From: a virus
Lineage: Duplodnaviria; Caudoviricetes
DNA: 64,000 bases
IMG/VR virus record: IMGVR_UViG_3300001528_000621
Coordinates: 1-64,000 of that record
Strand: one strand, 5' to 3'
The notes under the pieces were generated by a model. It was not told the DNA's origin. It did no database searches and saw nothing but the letters and a program-made list of their open reading frames with translations. Positions 19,907 through 27,724 of this stretch are shown here, one piece after another. Each line of letters starts with the position of its first letter. Position 1 is the stretch's first letter. The position numbers and the translations under genes were made by a program.

Positions 19907-20453
19907 GTTTAAAAGAAACACTGGAACAGTTTTACTAGAGCTGAGAGACGTTTTGGTTAATATAAGTCCGGAAGATCTAGAGAAGTTTATAGTAGAGTTA
20001 AACACAGCAGAGAAGATTTTCTTTGTAGGTGTAGGAAGAGTAAAACTTTCTCTAGAAGCTATAGCTAAAAGGCTAAGTCATCTAGGATACGATACTCATA
20101 TGGTCGGGGATATGAACGAACCAGCTATAACAGAAAAGGATTTACTTATAGTCGGTTCTGGTAGTGGAAATACCGTTGTTCCAGTAGCAATAGCAAAGAG
20201 AGCTAAAGAACTGAGAGCAACCGTATTACATCTTGGATCAAACAAAGATGGAGCTGTATCAAAGTATGTAGATGTTTTTGTAAGGATACCGGCAAATACG
20301 AAGTATAAGAAAGAAGGAGAGGTAGAATCTAAACAACCGATGACGTCGCTGTTTGAACAGTCTCTACTTCTTTTTGGGGACATTGTAGTAATGTCAATCT
20401 TGAATGGAGAAGATATAGAGGGACTGTGGGAATGTCATGCAAACCTAGAGTAA
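19884..20453 (+). CDS. hxlB: 6-phospho-3-hexuloisomerase (SIS domain)
   Basis: FVGVGR, RLSHLG, GSGSGNT, QPMTSLFEQ, C-terminal HANLE typical of HxlB/PHI. Confidence 0.85.
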   Translation: MYETFSSRFKRNTGTVLLELRDVLVNISPEDLEKFIVELNTAEKIFFVGVGRVKLSLEAIAKRLSHLGYDTHMVGDMNEPAITEKDLLIVGSGSGNTVVPVAIAKRAKELRATVLHLGSNKDGAVSKYVDVFVRIPANTKYKKEGEVESKQPMTSLFEQSLLLFGDIVVMSILNGEDIEGLWECHANLE

Positions 20454-20455
20454 CG

Positions 20456-20463
20456 CTATTTAT
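20456..20463 (+). promoter_or_regulatory. CTATTTAT motif (putative late promoter)
   Basis: Same motif recurs in intergenic gaps upstream of structural genes (23723, 27677, 28942, 30510). Confidence 0.5.
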
Positions 20464-20497
20464 GAATCGTAATCTTTAATTTTAAGGAAAACAACAT

Positions 20498-20590
20498 ATG
20501 ACAGAGAAAGAAATAATAGTAGCAGTTATGCAGGACATTGCAGATGCTATCATGGCAACAGTACCACAAAATTCAACCGAAGAAGAGTAA
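20498..20590 (+). CDS. 30-aa acidic peptide MTEKEIIVAVMQDIADAIMATVPQNSTEEE (not in ORF track)
   Basis: ATG 20498 after an A-rich leader, TAA 20588-20590, 6 nt before the next ATG. Confidence 0.55.
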   Translation: MTEKEIIVAVMQDIADAIMATVPQNSTEEE

Positions 20591-20596
20591 AGAATT

Positions 20597-22207
20597 ATGA
20601 AAGGAGTATTAATAGGTTCAGATTTGATGTATAGGCAGGACGGAAGTCTTGTACCGATTGAGATAAATACTAACGTAGGTTGGGATGTTACGAACAGGAT
20701 GGAGAGAGAAGAAGATATGTGGGATTTTAGTTTTCTAAGATCTTACATTAAGGAACATAACATAACAGACATATATCTTGAAGGTCAGATTCAAAGAATG
20801 AAGAATTTCTGGCCAGAGGACATGGGTGCAGAGGTTCATGTAATCACTAAGGAAGAAATGGATGAATCTACTGACGAGTCTGAATATCATCTTTACATTA
20901 GGTCTGCATATAGTGATGAAGCTTATGTAGATAGTTTCTGTAGAGATAAGGTTAACTTCTTGAATGCTATTCAAAATCTTAGTTTCGGTTGTGAATATCT
21001 TCTAAAGACTTCTGGAGGATTAGTAGGAGACATTACAAAGGTAGAAGATAACGGAAAGCTTCCAAACTTCTTGGTAAAGTATAGATACCCAAACTATAAT
21101 AAGAGTAAGTATCCGCTTGCAATTAGGTTTGATAATGTAGAGAAGTTGAAGAGCTGGGCAGAAGCGAATCTAGAAGAGGATTACTTCATTATGCCGTTCT
21201 ACTACGATGTAGATAATCTTTACAAAGCAGAGGGAGAAGAGAATTCAAGAATTAAGCTTATAAGGAACTGGAGTCTTTACATCGCAAATGATGAAGGAAG
21301 TCTAGATTCTGTTTATGTAGCTTCATATACAAAGCTTTCTGCAGAGATCGATGAGAGTAAGATAGAGTGGAATGAAGATGGAACGTGTAAAGACGAGGAA
21401 TCTCTTCATAGAATGATTTCATCTGCTCTTTGGACTTTAGCAGACAATCTAGATGTACTCTTGGAAGCTAATGACGTAGTCTTGATGGAGGATGATACTT
21501 GGAAAGAAGCATCTGAGTTGAAGACAGGGTTGAAAGTAAAGGCTGTTACGATTCCGACTTCTGGAACGGTGGATATTCACAAGAGTGTAGAAGACTATAA
21601 CGTAAGTTTCGAGGAACTAGTTGCATCTTCAAGTTATACAATTAATGAGATTAAGGTTGTTCATAAGGTGGAAGGATGGGTTAGTGAGACAGTCTTGAAT
21701 TTCACTGATGGAACAGATTGGTTTGATTCTGATGCATCATCTTATCCGGTTCTTGATCCGAAGGATCAGACAGTAATGTTCAAGAAAGTCGGAACTATAG
21801 AAGCGGGTGACAAAGTCATCTTAATGGAAGCAGGTGCAACAGAACTAGAGAAACCAACATTTGTAATAAGAGAGGTAGAGAGTACGAGTAAGAGAAGAGT
21901 ATTGCAGAAAGGTTACGCGATAAGCTTGGACGGAAATCACTTGTTCTTGTCTAAGACTTCAGCGGACGCGCAGGCATACATCTCTATAGAACATAATTCT
22001 GTCTCGGACAAATCATCAAACACATGCTACATATTGTTTTCAGACTCAAAGTGTTCAGAATACGCTAATACGGTTTACCTAGACCCCTCTACATCTCGTT
22101 GCCACAGTATGCTAGGTCCGTGCACTGTCGAAGGTTCATGTATTTTAGGGCAGCCATGCTTTACTCCTAGTGCTTTATCTTATCTTATAGGAACCTTGTA
22201 CAACTAA
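20597..22207 (+). CDS. Circularly permuted ATP-grasp-like domain + Hint (intein-like) domain + variable C-terminal module (cassette A, 69 aa, 6 Cys)
   Basis: N-terminal IGSDLMYRQDGSLVPIEINTN (D...ExN); Hint-like blocks LLEANDVVLMEDDTWKEASELKTGLKV, IEAGDKV, YAISLDGNHLF, terminal HN followed by S. Confidence 0.7.
   Translation: MKGVLIGSDLMYRQDGSLVPIEINTNVGWDVTNRMEREEDMWDFSFLRSYIKEHNITDIYLEGQIQRMKNFWPEDMGAEVHVITKEEMDESTDESEYHLYIRSAYSDEAYVDSFCRDKVNFLNAIQNLSFGCEYLLKTSGGLVGDITKVEDNGKLPNFLVKYRYPNYNKSKYPLAIRFDNVEKLKSWAEANLEEDYFIMPFYYDVDNLYKAEGEENSRIKLIRNWSLYIANDEGSLDSVYVASYTKLSAEIDESKIEWNEDGTCKDEESLHRMISSALWTLADNLDVLLEANDVVLMEDDTWKEASELKTGLKVKAVTIPTSGTVDIHKSVEDYNVSFEELVASSSYTINEIKVVHKVEGWVSETVLNFTDGTDWFDSDASSYPVLDPKDQTVMFKKVGTIEAGDKVILMEAGATELEKPTFVIREVESTSKRRVLQKGYAISLDGNHLFLSKTSADAQAYISIEHNSVSDKSSNTCYILFSDSKCSEYANTVYLDPSTSRCHSMLGPCTVEGSCILGQPCFTPSALSYLIGTLYN
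21968..21998 (+). repeat. Shufflon-like repeat R1
   Basis: GCGCAGGCATACATCTCTATAGAACATAATT, encodes AQAYISIEHN. Confidence 0.95.
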
Positions 22208-22683
22208 CTTATGACTATATACAGGTCTTGAGAAAATGAATCTTGAATATACAAGGTGCCTTCACATGTTCGAGGTCTAATGGTCAACTCTGTTTCTGCC
22301 GCTATATCGCCGCCGCTTGAATAAATTTCCATTCTTGAAACAGGCGGAAGAGCCTGTGTTCCGGCAAAAGAAAGATCTACCCAAAGTGCTATGTCTGGAT
22401 CGCTTAGATCGTTGGCTGTAATACCTATATTATATACCAAGGACCAGTCAGAACTAGTTGCCTCTATGTTCTCTAAACTTAAATTGTAAATAGTACCATC
22501 ACTTAGAGTTAATTGTACTATTGACGAAGTTTTGTCTAAACCTTGTTGTCCTGTACCGTTCTGTATAGTGAGAAAAACCTGTATAACTTCGTATACTACT
22601 TTATCTGGTGCTACACATTCATCTTCGGTGCCGTCGCAAGTGATATCATACGAATTATGTTCTATAGAGATGTATGCCTGCGC
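22204..22683 (-). other. Silent cassette B: AQAYISIEHN + 149-aa module (SYDITCDGTEDECVAP...DLYIVIS)
   Basis: Open frame from R2 through the ORF-track fragment 22204..22440; in-frame TGA directly upstream of R2; its stop overlaps the stop of cassette A. Confidence 0.85.
22653..22683 (-). repeat. Shufflon-like repeat R2
   Basis: Exact reverse complement of R1. Confidence 0.95.
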
Positions 22684-22733
22684 TCATGGAAATTTCAACA
22701 ATATTACATAACTTACGAGAAATAAGTTAAAAT

Positions 22734-23033
22734 ATGCATATAGACTTTAAGGAAATTTTATCGGCTTGGGCAGCTAAGATCAATCCGACACCGGATCAGA
22801 AAGATCTAGCTCTAAGAAGAGCAAAAATTTGTGATGAGTGTGAATTTCTTGGAGAAGTTCTCAAAGACAAGAAAATGACACAATATTGCAAAGAATGCGG
22901 CTGTGTCATTGGTGCTAAGATTTATAGCTACAAAGAAGGTGCTTGTCCGAAGAACAAATGGGACAGAGTAGATTGTGAATTTAGAAATTCAAAAGCGATT
23001 AAAGTGCTTAAACATCCGAGATCGATCGTATAA
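22734..23033 (+). CDS. Small Cys-rich, probably Zn-binding protein
   Basis: CDEC...CKECGC...K...CPKNKW. Confidence 0.7.
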   Translation: MHIDFKEILSAWAAKINPTPDQKDLALRRAKICDECEFLGEVLKDKKMTQYCKECGCVIGAKIYSYKEGACPKNKWDRVDCEFRNSKAIKVLKHPRSIV

Positions 23034-23043
23034 GCGCTATATT

Positions 23044-23089
23044 ACATAAAGAAACCCGGAATCTTGATCGATTTCGGGCTTTTTTATGT
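23044..23089. terminator. Putative bidirectional intrinsic terminator
   Basis: CCCGGAATC/GATTTCGGG stem with A-rich 5' and T-rich 3' flanks. Confidence 0.6.
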
Positions 23090-23098
23090 GCATTATCT

Positions 23099-23129
23099 GC
23101 GCAGGCATACATCTCTATAGAACATAATT
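23099..23129 (+). repeat. Shufflon-like repeat R3
   Basis: Exact copy of R1. Confidence 0.95.
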
Positions 23130-23290
23130 ATGTTATTGATCCTGGTACGATGTCTAAGTGTGGTCCGGCATACTGTAACGGCCTCATCTGCGAATGTGAT
23201 ACTAGTAACTGCTATCTAGACAGCACTACTGTTATTAACTGCAGTAGTGATGAATCTGTTTGTGCTAAGTATTTGTGTGTACAAACATAG
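23099..23290 (+). other. Silent cassette C: AQAYISIEHN + 53-aa module YVIDPGTMSKCGPAYCNGLICECDTSNCYLDSTTVINCSSDESVCAKYLCVQT (8 Cys)
   Basis: Translated by hand from R3; TAG at 23288-23290; absent from the ORF track. Confidence 0.85.
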
Positions 23291-23402
23291 TTTTATGTAT
23301 GATAGAAGTTACCTGCTATGTCTTGTCTGGGTGTTGATATAAGATAACCACCGTACAGGTGTTTCCGGCAGTATAGTAACTATCGTTAATAATTTCTCTT
23401 CT

Positions 23403-23660
23403 TTAAGATTTAGACACTTCGCAAGAAGATTCTCTATAGCTTTTATAACCACCTAAAATAGTACAACCTGTTGGAGTTCCATTGTGACATGTATCCGTCA
23501 AATCCGGTATAGAGGAGCAGTTAGCCGGTGTTGTACAGTTCTCTCTCAAAACGTACTCTCGTGGACCAACGCAATTCTCGTTTGAGTAACGTACGTATAT
23601 AACTACTTCTGAGACGCCAATAATATTAGAATTATGTTCTATAGAGATGTATGCCTGCGC
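23403..23660 (-). other. Silent cassette D: AQAYISIEHN + 75-aa module SNIIGVSEVV...SSCEVSKS (6 Cys)
   Basis: Corresponds to ORF-track 23403..23720 from the repeat onward. Confidence 0.85.
23630..23660 (-). repeat. Shufflon-like repeat R4
   Basis: Exact reverse complement of R1; identity extends to 38 bp (21963-22000 vs 23628-23665). Confidence 0.95.
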
Positions 23661-23784
23661 GTCCGATAAAGGGGAAATTTCGTGGAAATCAGCGCGTAAA
23701 TCTTGTTTCGAAGCCCGCAAATCTATTTATCTCAGAGTATATTCAACTTATGTATTCCTGAAATTTAGACAAATAGCGCGAGCA

Positions 23785-23816
23785 TTTGGGAAAACAAAGG
23801 AATCCTAAGGGGAGAC
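23785..23816 (+). repeat. Dispersed 32-bp repeat, copy 1
   Basis: TTTGGGAAAACAAAGGAATCCTAAGGGGAGAC; 29/32 identical to 43251-43282. Confidence 0.75.
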
Positions 23817-23852
23817 ACAAGTAAAACATTTCAATAATAAGTTTATTAAAGT

Positions 23853-25850
23853 ATGGCAGAAGTATTGGTAAGCCCTGGAATTCAGATTACAGAGACTGAT
23901 AAGAGTTACGTTCCTGCTAGACCGTTGATAGCTGGAGCAGCTATTATCGGACCTACAGCGAAAGGTCCTGCAAATTCTCCTACAGTGGTGACATCGTATG
24001 GTGATTATCAGCGAAAATTTGGTACAACGTTCATGATGAACAGGTACGAAAAGAAGACTACTGAGACAGATAAGTATGTCGAAGCTGAGTATGGAGAATA
24101 CATCAAGAATGAGAGTGGAGAGTACGTTATACCTGAAAATTATTCAGATTCAGATGTAAGGTATGCTAAGACAACCGAAACCTCCGATGAACTCATTAAA
24201 TTGCAGCAGAAAAAGCAAGAATACTTGACAAGTATGGCTGCAAAGAGCTTCTTTGAGCAAGGAGGAGAGTCATTGCTCGTAGTTAGAGTAACAGATAACG
24301 ATTTCAAGAGCGGTAGAGCTGTTATTCCTGCAAAGAACGATGGGACTGCTTTCGAGATTAAGACAATTTCTCAGGGAGAGGATTTAAACAACTGGTCTGG
24401 GAGTTTCCAGGACAGGTCAGAAACTACAGCATCAATTGACGGTGTTATCAGAACCGATGGTTCACTTATTAGTGGATCTAAGGACAATATTAGATGGGAA
24501 ATCGCAGATGTAGATGAAGAGACAGGTACATTCTCAATCTATGTACGAAGAGGCGATGATGTAGATTATGATAAGAACATTCTAGAGGCCTTTACTGGAC
24601 TTAATCTTGATCCTGATAGTGAAAATTATATCTCGAGGAGAATTGGTGACCAGTATCAGGAGCTTGTAGAAGAGGTTGTAGGAGACAGCACAATCTACTA
24701 TATCCGACCTTACGGAAATTATCCTAACATTTCAAACTATATCTACATTAAGGATGTAAATCCGATTTACGGATACTTCTTAGCAGATGGATATACTCGA
24801 AGAGGAAAGGATACTGAGGATGATGTAGCTAACATGCTACCTAAGCAGGTTGAAGGAGGTTTTGCACAAGCTGAAGGTAAGCTCTTCACAAACGAAGAGG
24901 ATGAAGCAAATGCTCTATTCTTCGAAGATATTACAAACGGACACGCTGGTGCAGTAGGAGGCTATACTAGTGAGAATAAGATTCAAGGTATTAACCCAGA
25001 AAAGTATCAGCCACTTATTGCCTGTCTTGAGAATACTGATGAATACGAAATTAATATGATCTCAGTTCCAGGTCTTACAGTAGCAAATAATACGACTGAG
25101 GTTGATATGGTTAATTCTCTTGCTTCAAAGAGAGGAGACCTTATTGCAGTTGTAGACCTTGTAGGTTTCGGTTCACCAATCGGCGATGTTCAGCAGAAAG
25201 CTCTTGGACTTAATAGCAGCTATTCAGCAGCTTATTGGCCTTGGCTTCAGATGTATAGCTCAACCGGAAGGCTCGAATGGGTACCAGCATCGGTTATCAT
25301 TCCTGGCGTTTATACCTATACCGATCATGTAGCTGCTCCTTGGTATGCTCCTGCAGGTATGACTAGAGGCAGTGTTCAGGGCGTTATTCAGACAGAAAGG
25401 AAACTTTTGAAGCAGCATAGGGATGAACTTTATAAGAAGAACGTTAACCCTATTAGCATTCTTCCTGGAAACGGCATTACGGTTTACGGTCAGAAAACAC
25501 TTCAGAAGAAAGCTACTGCACTTGATAGAGTAAATGTAAGACGACTCTTGATTGAACTTAAGAGAACAGTTAAGAACATGGCTTCTGGGTTGCTCTTCGA
25601 GTTCAACGACGCTCAGCTTAGAAGTACATTTAAGAACAATCTTGATGCTTACTTGGAGAGCGTGACAAAACGTAGAGGTCTATATTCTTACAAGACAGTA
25701 GTGGAAGAACTAAATACGCCAGATGTTATTGATAGGAATGAACTAAGATGTCAGATATATATCCAACCGTCAAAAGTTGTGGAATTTATTTACATCGATT
25801 TCACTATTACCAATACCGGTGTAGATTTCAACACCCTAAGTACATCTTAG
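23853..25850 (+). CDS. Contractile tail sheath protein
   Basis: SPGIQITETD, IGPTAKGP, YWPW, PWYAPAG, GQKTLQ, LDRVNVRRLL, QPSKVVEFIYIDF. Confidence 0.95.
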   Translation: MAEVLVSPGIQITETDKSYVPARPLIAGAAIIGPTAKGPANSPTVVTSYGDYQRKFGTTFMMNRYEKKTTETDKYVEAEYGEYIKNESGEYVIPENYSDSDVRYAKTTETSDELIKLQQKKQEYLTSMAAKSFFEQGGESLLVVRVTDNDFKSGRAVIPAKNDGTAFEIKTISQGEDLNNWSGSFQDRSETTASIDGVIRTDGSLISGSKDNIRWEIADVDEETGTFSIYVRRGDDVDYDKNILEAFTGLNLDPDSENYISRRIGDQYQELVEEVVGDSTIYYIRPYGNYPNISNYIYIKDVNPIYGYFLADGYTRRGKDTEDDVANMLPKQVEGGFAQAEGKLFTNEEDEANALFFEDITNGHAGAVGGYTSENKIQGINPEKYQPLIACLENTDEYEINMISVPGLTVANNTTEVDMVNSLASKRGDLIAVVDLVGFGSPIGDVQQKALGLNSSYSAAYWPWLQMYSSTGRLEWVPASVIIPGVYTYTDHVAAPWYAPAGMTRGSVQGVIQTERKLLKQHRDELYKKNVNPISILPGNGITVYGQKTLQKKATALDRVNVRRLLIELKRTVKNMASGLLFEFNDAQLRSTFKNNLDAYLESVTKRRGLYSYKTVVEELNTPDVIDRNELRCQIYIQPSKVVEFIYIDFTITNTGVDFNTLSTS

Positions 25851-25861
25851 TGTTTTTAATG

Positions 25862-25893
25862 CCCCGGAGTTGTCTAAGCTTCCGGGGTTTTTT
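25862..25893 (+). terminator. Putative intrinsic terminator
   Basis: CCCCGGAG/CTTCCGGGG stem + T6. Confidence 0.7.
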
Positions 25894-25941
25894 ATGTCAA
25901 GGTCTATAATTATATTCAATAAACTTAGGCGTATTAAGATC

Positions 25942-27666
25942 ATGGACATTAAGATTGAATTGGATAGGATTGCTAAAGAGCACTCCGGAGGTTACAGTAA
26001 GATTATAAAATCCCAATATCCGGAAGAATTTATAAAAATTTCAGAGTCATACGAAGGGGTTAATTTCGGGGAAAAACTCTGGCTTTATGTTTACGGGCCT
26101 GAAAAGTCTATTTGTCCAGTTTGTGGAAAAAAGAAAAAATTCGGAAAGTATTCAACAGGGTATCCGGGAATAACTTGCAGTAGAGCTTGTACTTTTAAGC
26201 ATTTAGGTATATCCTCTAATTTTCAATTACCTTCAGCTGTTATAAAGAAGAGAGAAGCTATACTACGAGGCTGCTATAAGAATGTCGGTAAAAAAGCTAA
26301 AGAAACACATTTAGCTAAATACGGGGACTATAAAGAAGCTATTAAAAAGGGAAAACAGACTAGACTTCTTCGATATGGTTCTGAAAATTATAACAACCGA
26401 CAAAAGCAGAGAGAAACCTTTGAAGAGCGATACGGAGTAGGGGGAAGGACAGAAAAGCAGAAAAAAGCTCTTAAGGAGTTGATAGAAAAGAAAGGGTTTG
26501 GTACAGAAACACACAAAAAGTGGTTAGAGAATCAAGGAGTTACGAATGCTTCCCAATTAGAATCTGTCAAAACTAAAAAACATCAGAAGCGCGTTCATCA
26601 AGATTTTGAATATCTAAGGGAGTTTGCTGAAAGTAGAGACTTAAAACCTTTATTCTCAGAACAAGATTTCAAAGGATACGTTGAAGGAGATCTTGAATTT
26701 CATTGCAATCGGTGTGGAAACGACTTTAAGTATGGTAGAGTTCAGAGTTCCTACCTAAGGTGTCCTATCTGCTACCCTAAGAGAGCGTATACTTCTTATG
26801 AGCAGCAAGAAGTTCAGAATTTTCTAGAAGATCTCGGCATATCTTTTGAGGTAGAAAATCAAAAGATCATAGGAAAAGAGCTAGACATTTATATACCGGA
26901 TAAGAAAATAACTATAGAGTATGATGGACTCTATTGGCACTCAGCTCAAACCGGTACAACGTCGGAAAGACATTTAGAAAAGACAGAACTTTGTGAGAAA
27001 AAGGGGATTAGGTTGATTCACATCTTTGAAGATGAATGGCTATTTAAGCGGAAGATTGTAGAAAGTAGGTTAAAAACAATCTTAGGGGTAGAAACAGATA
27101 GGACCTATGCTAGAGAGTGTAAAATTAAGAAAATAGACTCTAAAACCTGTAATGATTTTTTAGAAAAATACCATATTCAGGGAGCAGATAGAGCCTCTAT
27201 CAGGTACGGACTCTATTATCAAGAGGATCTTGTAGCTGTAGAGACATTTGGAAACCTAAGAGCAGCTTTAGGTCAAAAGCGAAAAGAAGGTGAATATGAA
27301 TTACTTAGGTTTTGTTCAAAAACACAGGTTGTTGGTGGATTTTCTAAGCTTTTAAGATATTTTATAGAGGAACATAAACCCAAGCGAATAATCTCGTATG
27401 CAGACCGGAGGTGGTGTAACCTAAAAGGACACACCGTTTATGAAAAAGCTGGATTTAGGTTAGTTTCCGAAGGAACACCTAACTACTGGTATTTTAAGAG
27501 CGATGTTCTTAGGCGTTATCATAGGTTTTCGTTTAGGAAGAGTGTACAAAAGAAAGTATTGGAGAAGTTTGATGAAAGTTTAACAGAACAACAGAATATG
27601 GGCAGGAATAAGTACCTGTGGATCTGGGATTGTGGTTCGTACAAATTTCAGCTAGACTTAGAATAG
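25942..27666 (+). CDS. Hef-like homing endonuclease-type protein (Zn fingers + PD-(D/E)xK-like domain); start likely ATG 25942
   Basis: CPVC, CNRC/CPIC, ELDIYIP..KITIEYDGLYWHS, GIRLIHIFEDEW, ISYADRRW, WDCG. Confidence 0.7.
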   Translation: MDIKIELDRIAKEHSGGYSKIIKSQYPEEFIKISESYEGVNFGEKLWLYVYGPEKSICPVCGKKKKFGKYSTGYPGITCSRACTFKHLGISSNFQLPSAVIKKREAILRGCYKNVGKKAKETHLAKYGDYKEAIKKGKQTRLLRYGSENYNNRQKQRETFEERYGVGGRTEKQKKALKELIEKKGFGTETHKKWLENQGVTNASQLESVKTKKHQKRVHQDFEYLREFAESRDLKPLFSEQDFKGYVEGDLEFHCNRCGNDFKYGRVQSSYLRCPICYPKRAYTSYEQQEVQNFLEDLGISFEVENQKIIGKELDIYIPDKKITIEYDGLYWHSAQTGTTSERHLEKTELCEKKGIRLIHIFEDEWLFKRKIVESRLKTILGVETDRTYARECKIKKIDSKTCNDFLEKYHIQGADRASIRYGLYYQEDLVAVETFGNLRAALGQKRKEGEYELLRFCSKTQVVGGFSKLLRYFIEEHKPKRIISYADRRWCNLKGHTVYEKAGFRLVSEGTPNYWYFKSDVLRRYHRFSFRKSVQKKVLEKFDESLTEQQNMGRNKYLWIWDCGSYKFQLDLE

Positions 27667-27724
27667 GTTCTCAACCCTATTTATCTTCAGAACCTAAAAT
27701 AAAGAACATTAAAAACAACAAAGA

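Noticed and set aside
21458-21997. Mobile self-splicing intein
   Set aside because: No N-terminal Cys/Ser, no clear block-B His, no endonuclease domain; better read as a cleavage-only Hint domain
22543-22725. 60-aa + strand ORF
   Set aside because: Antisense to cassette B and spans R2; likely a shadow ORF
21968-23660. 31-bp repeats as a CRISPR array
   Set aside because: Orientation alternates, intervening segments are hundreds of bp and coding, and no cas genes are present
21968-23660. Diversity-generating retroelement
   Set aside because: No reverse transcriptase and no template/variable pair differing at adenines; the cassettes are unrelated to each other
22688-23681. GGAAATTTC just outside R2 (22688) and R4 (23673)
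   Set aside because: Only 9 bp, different spacing from the repeats, not seen at R1 or R3; may be chance
23661-23720. 5' part of ORF 23403..23720 as an independent gene start
   Set aside because: TTG start, 20 codons upstream of the repeat with no supporting signals; the frame is explained as a silent cassette
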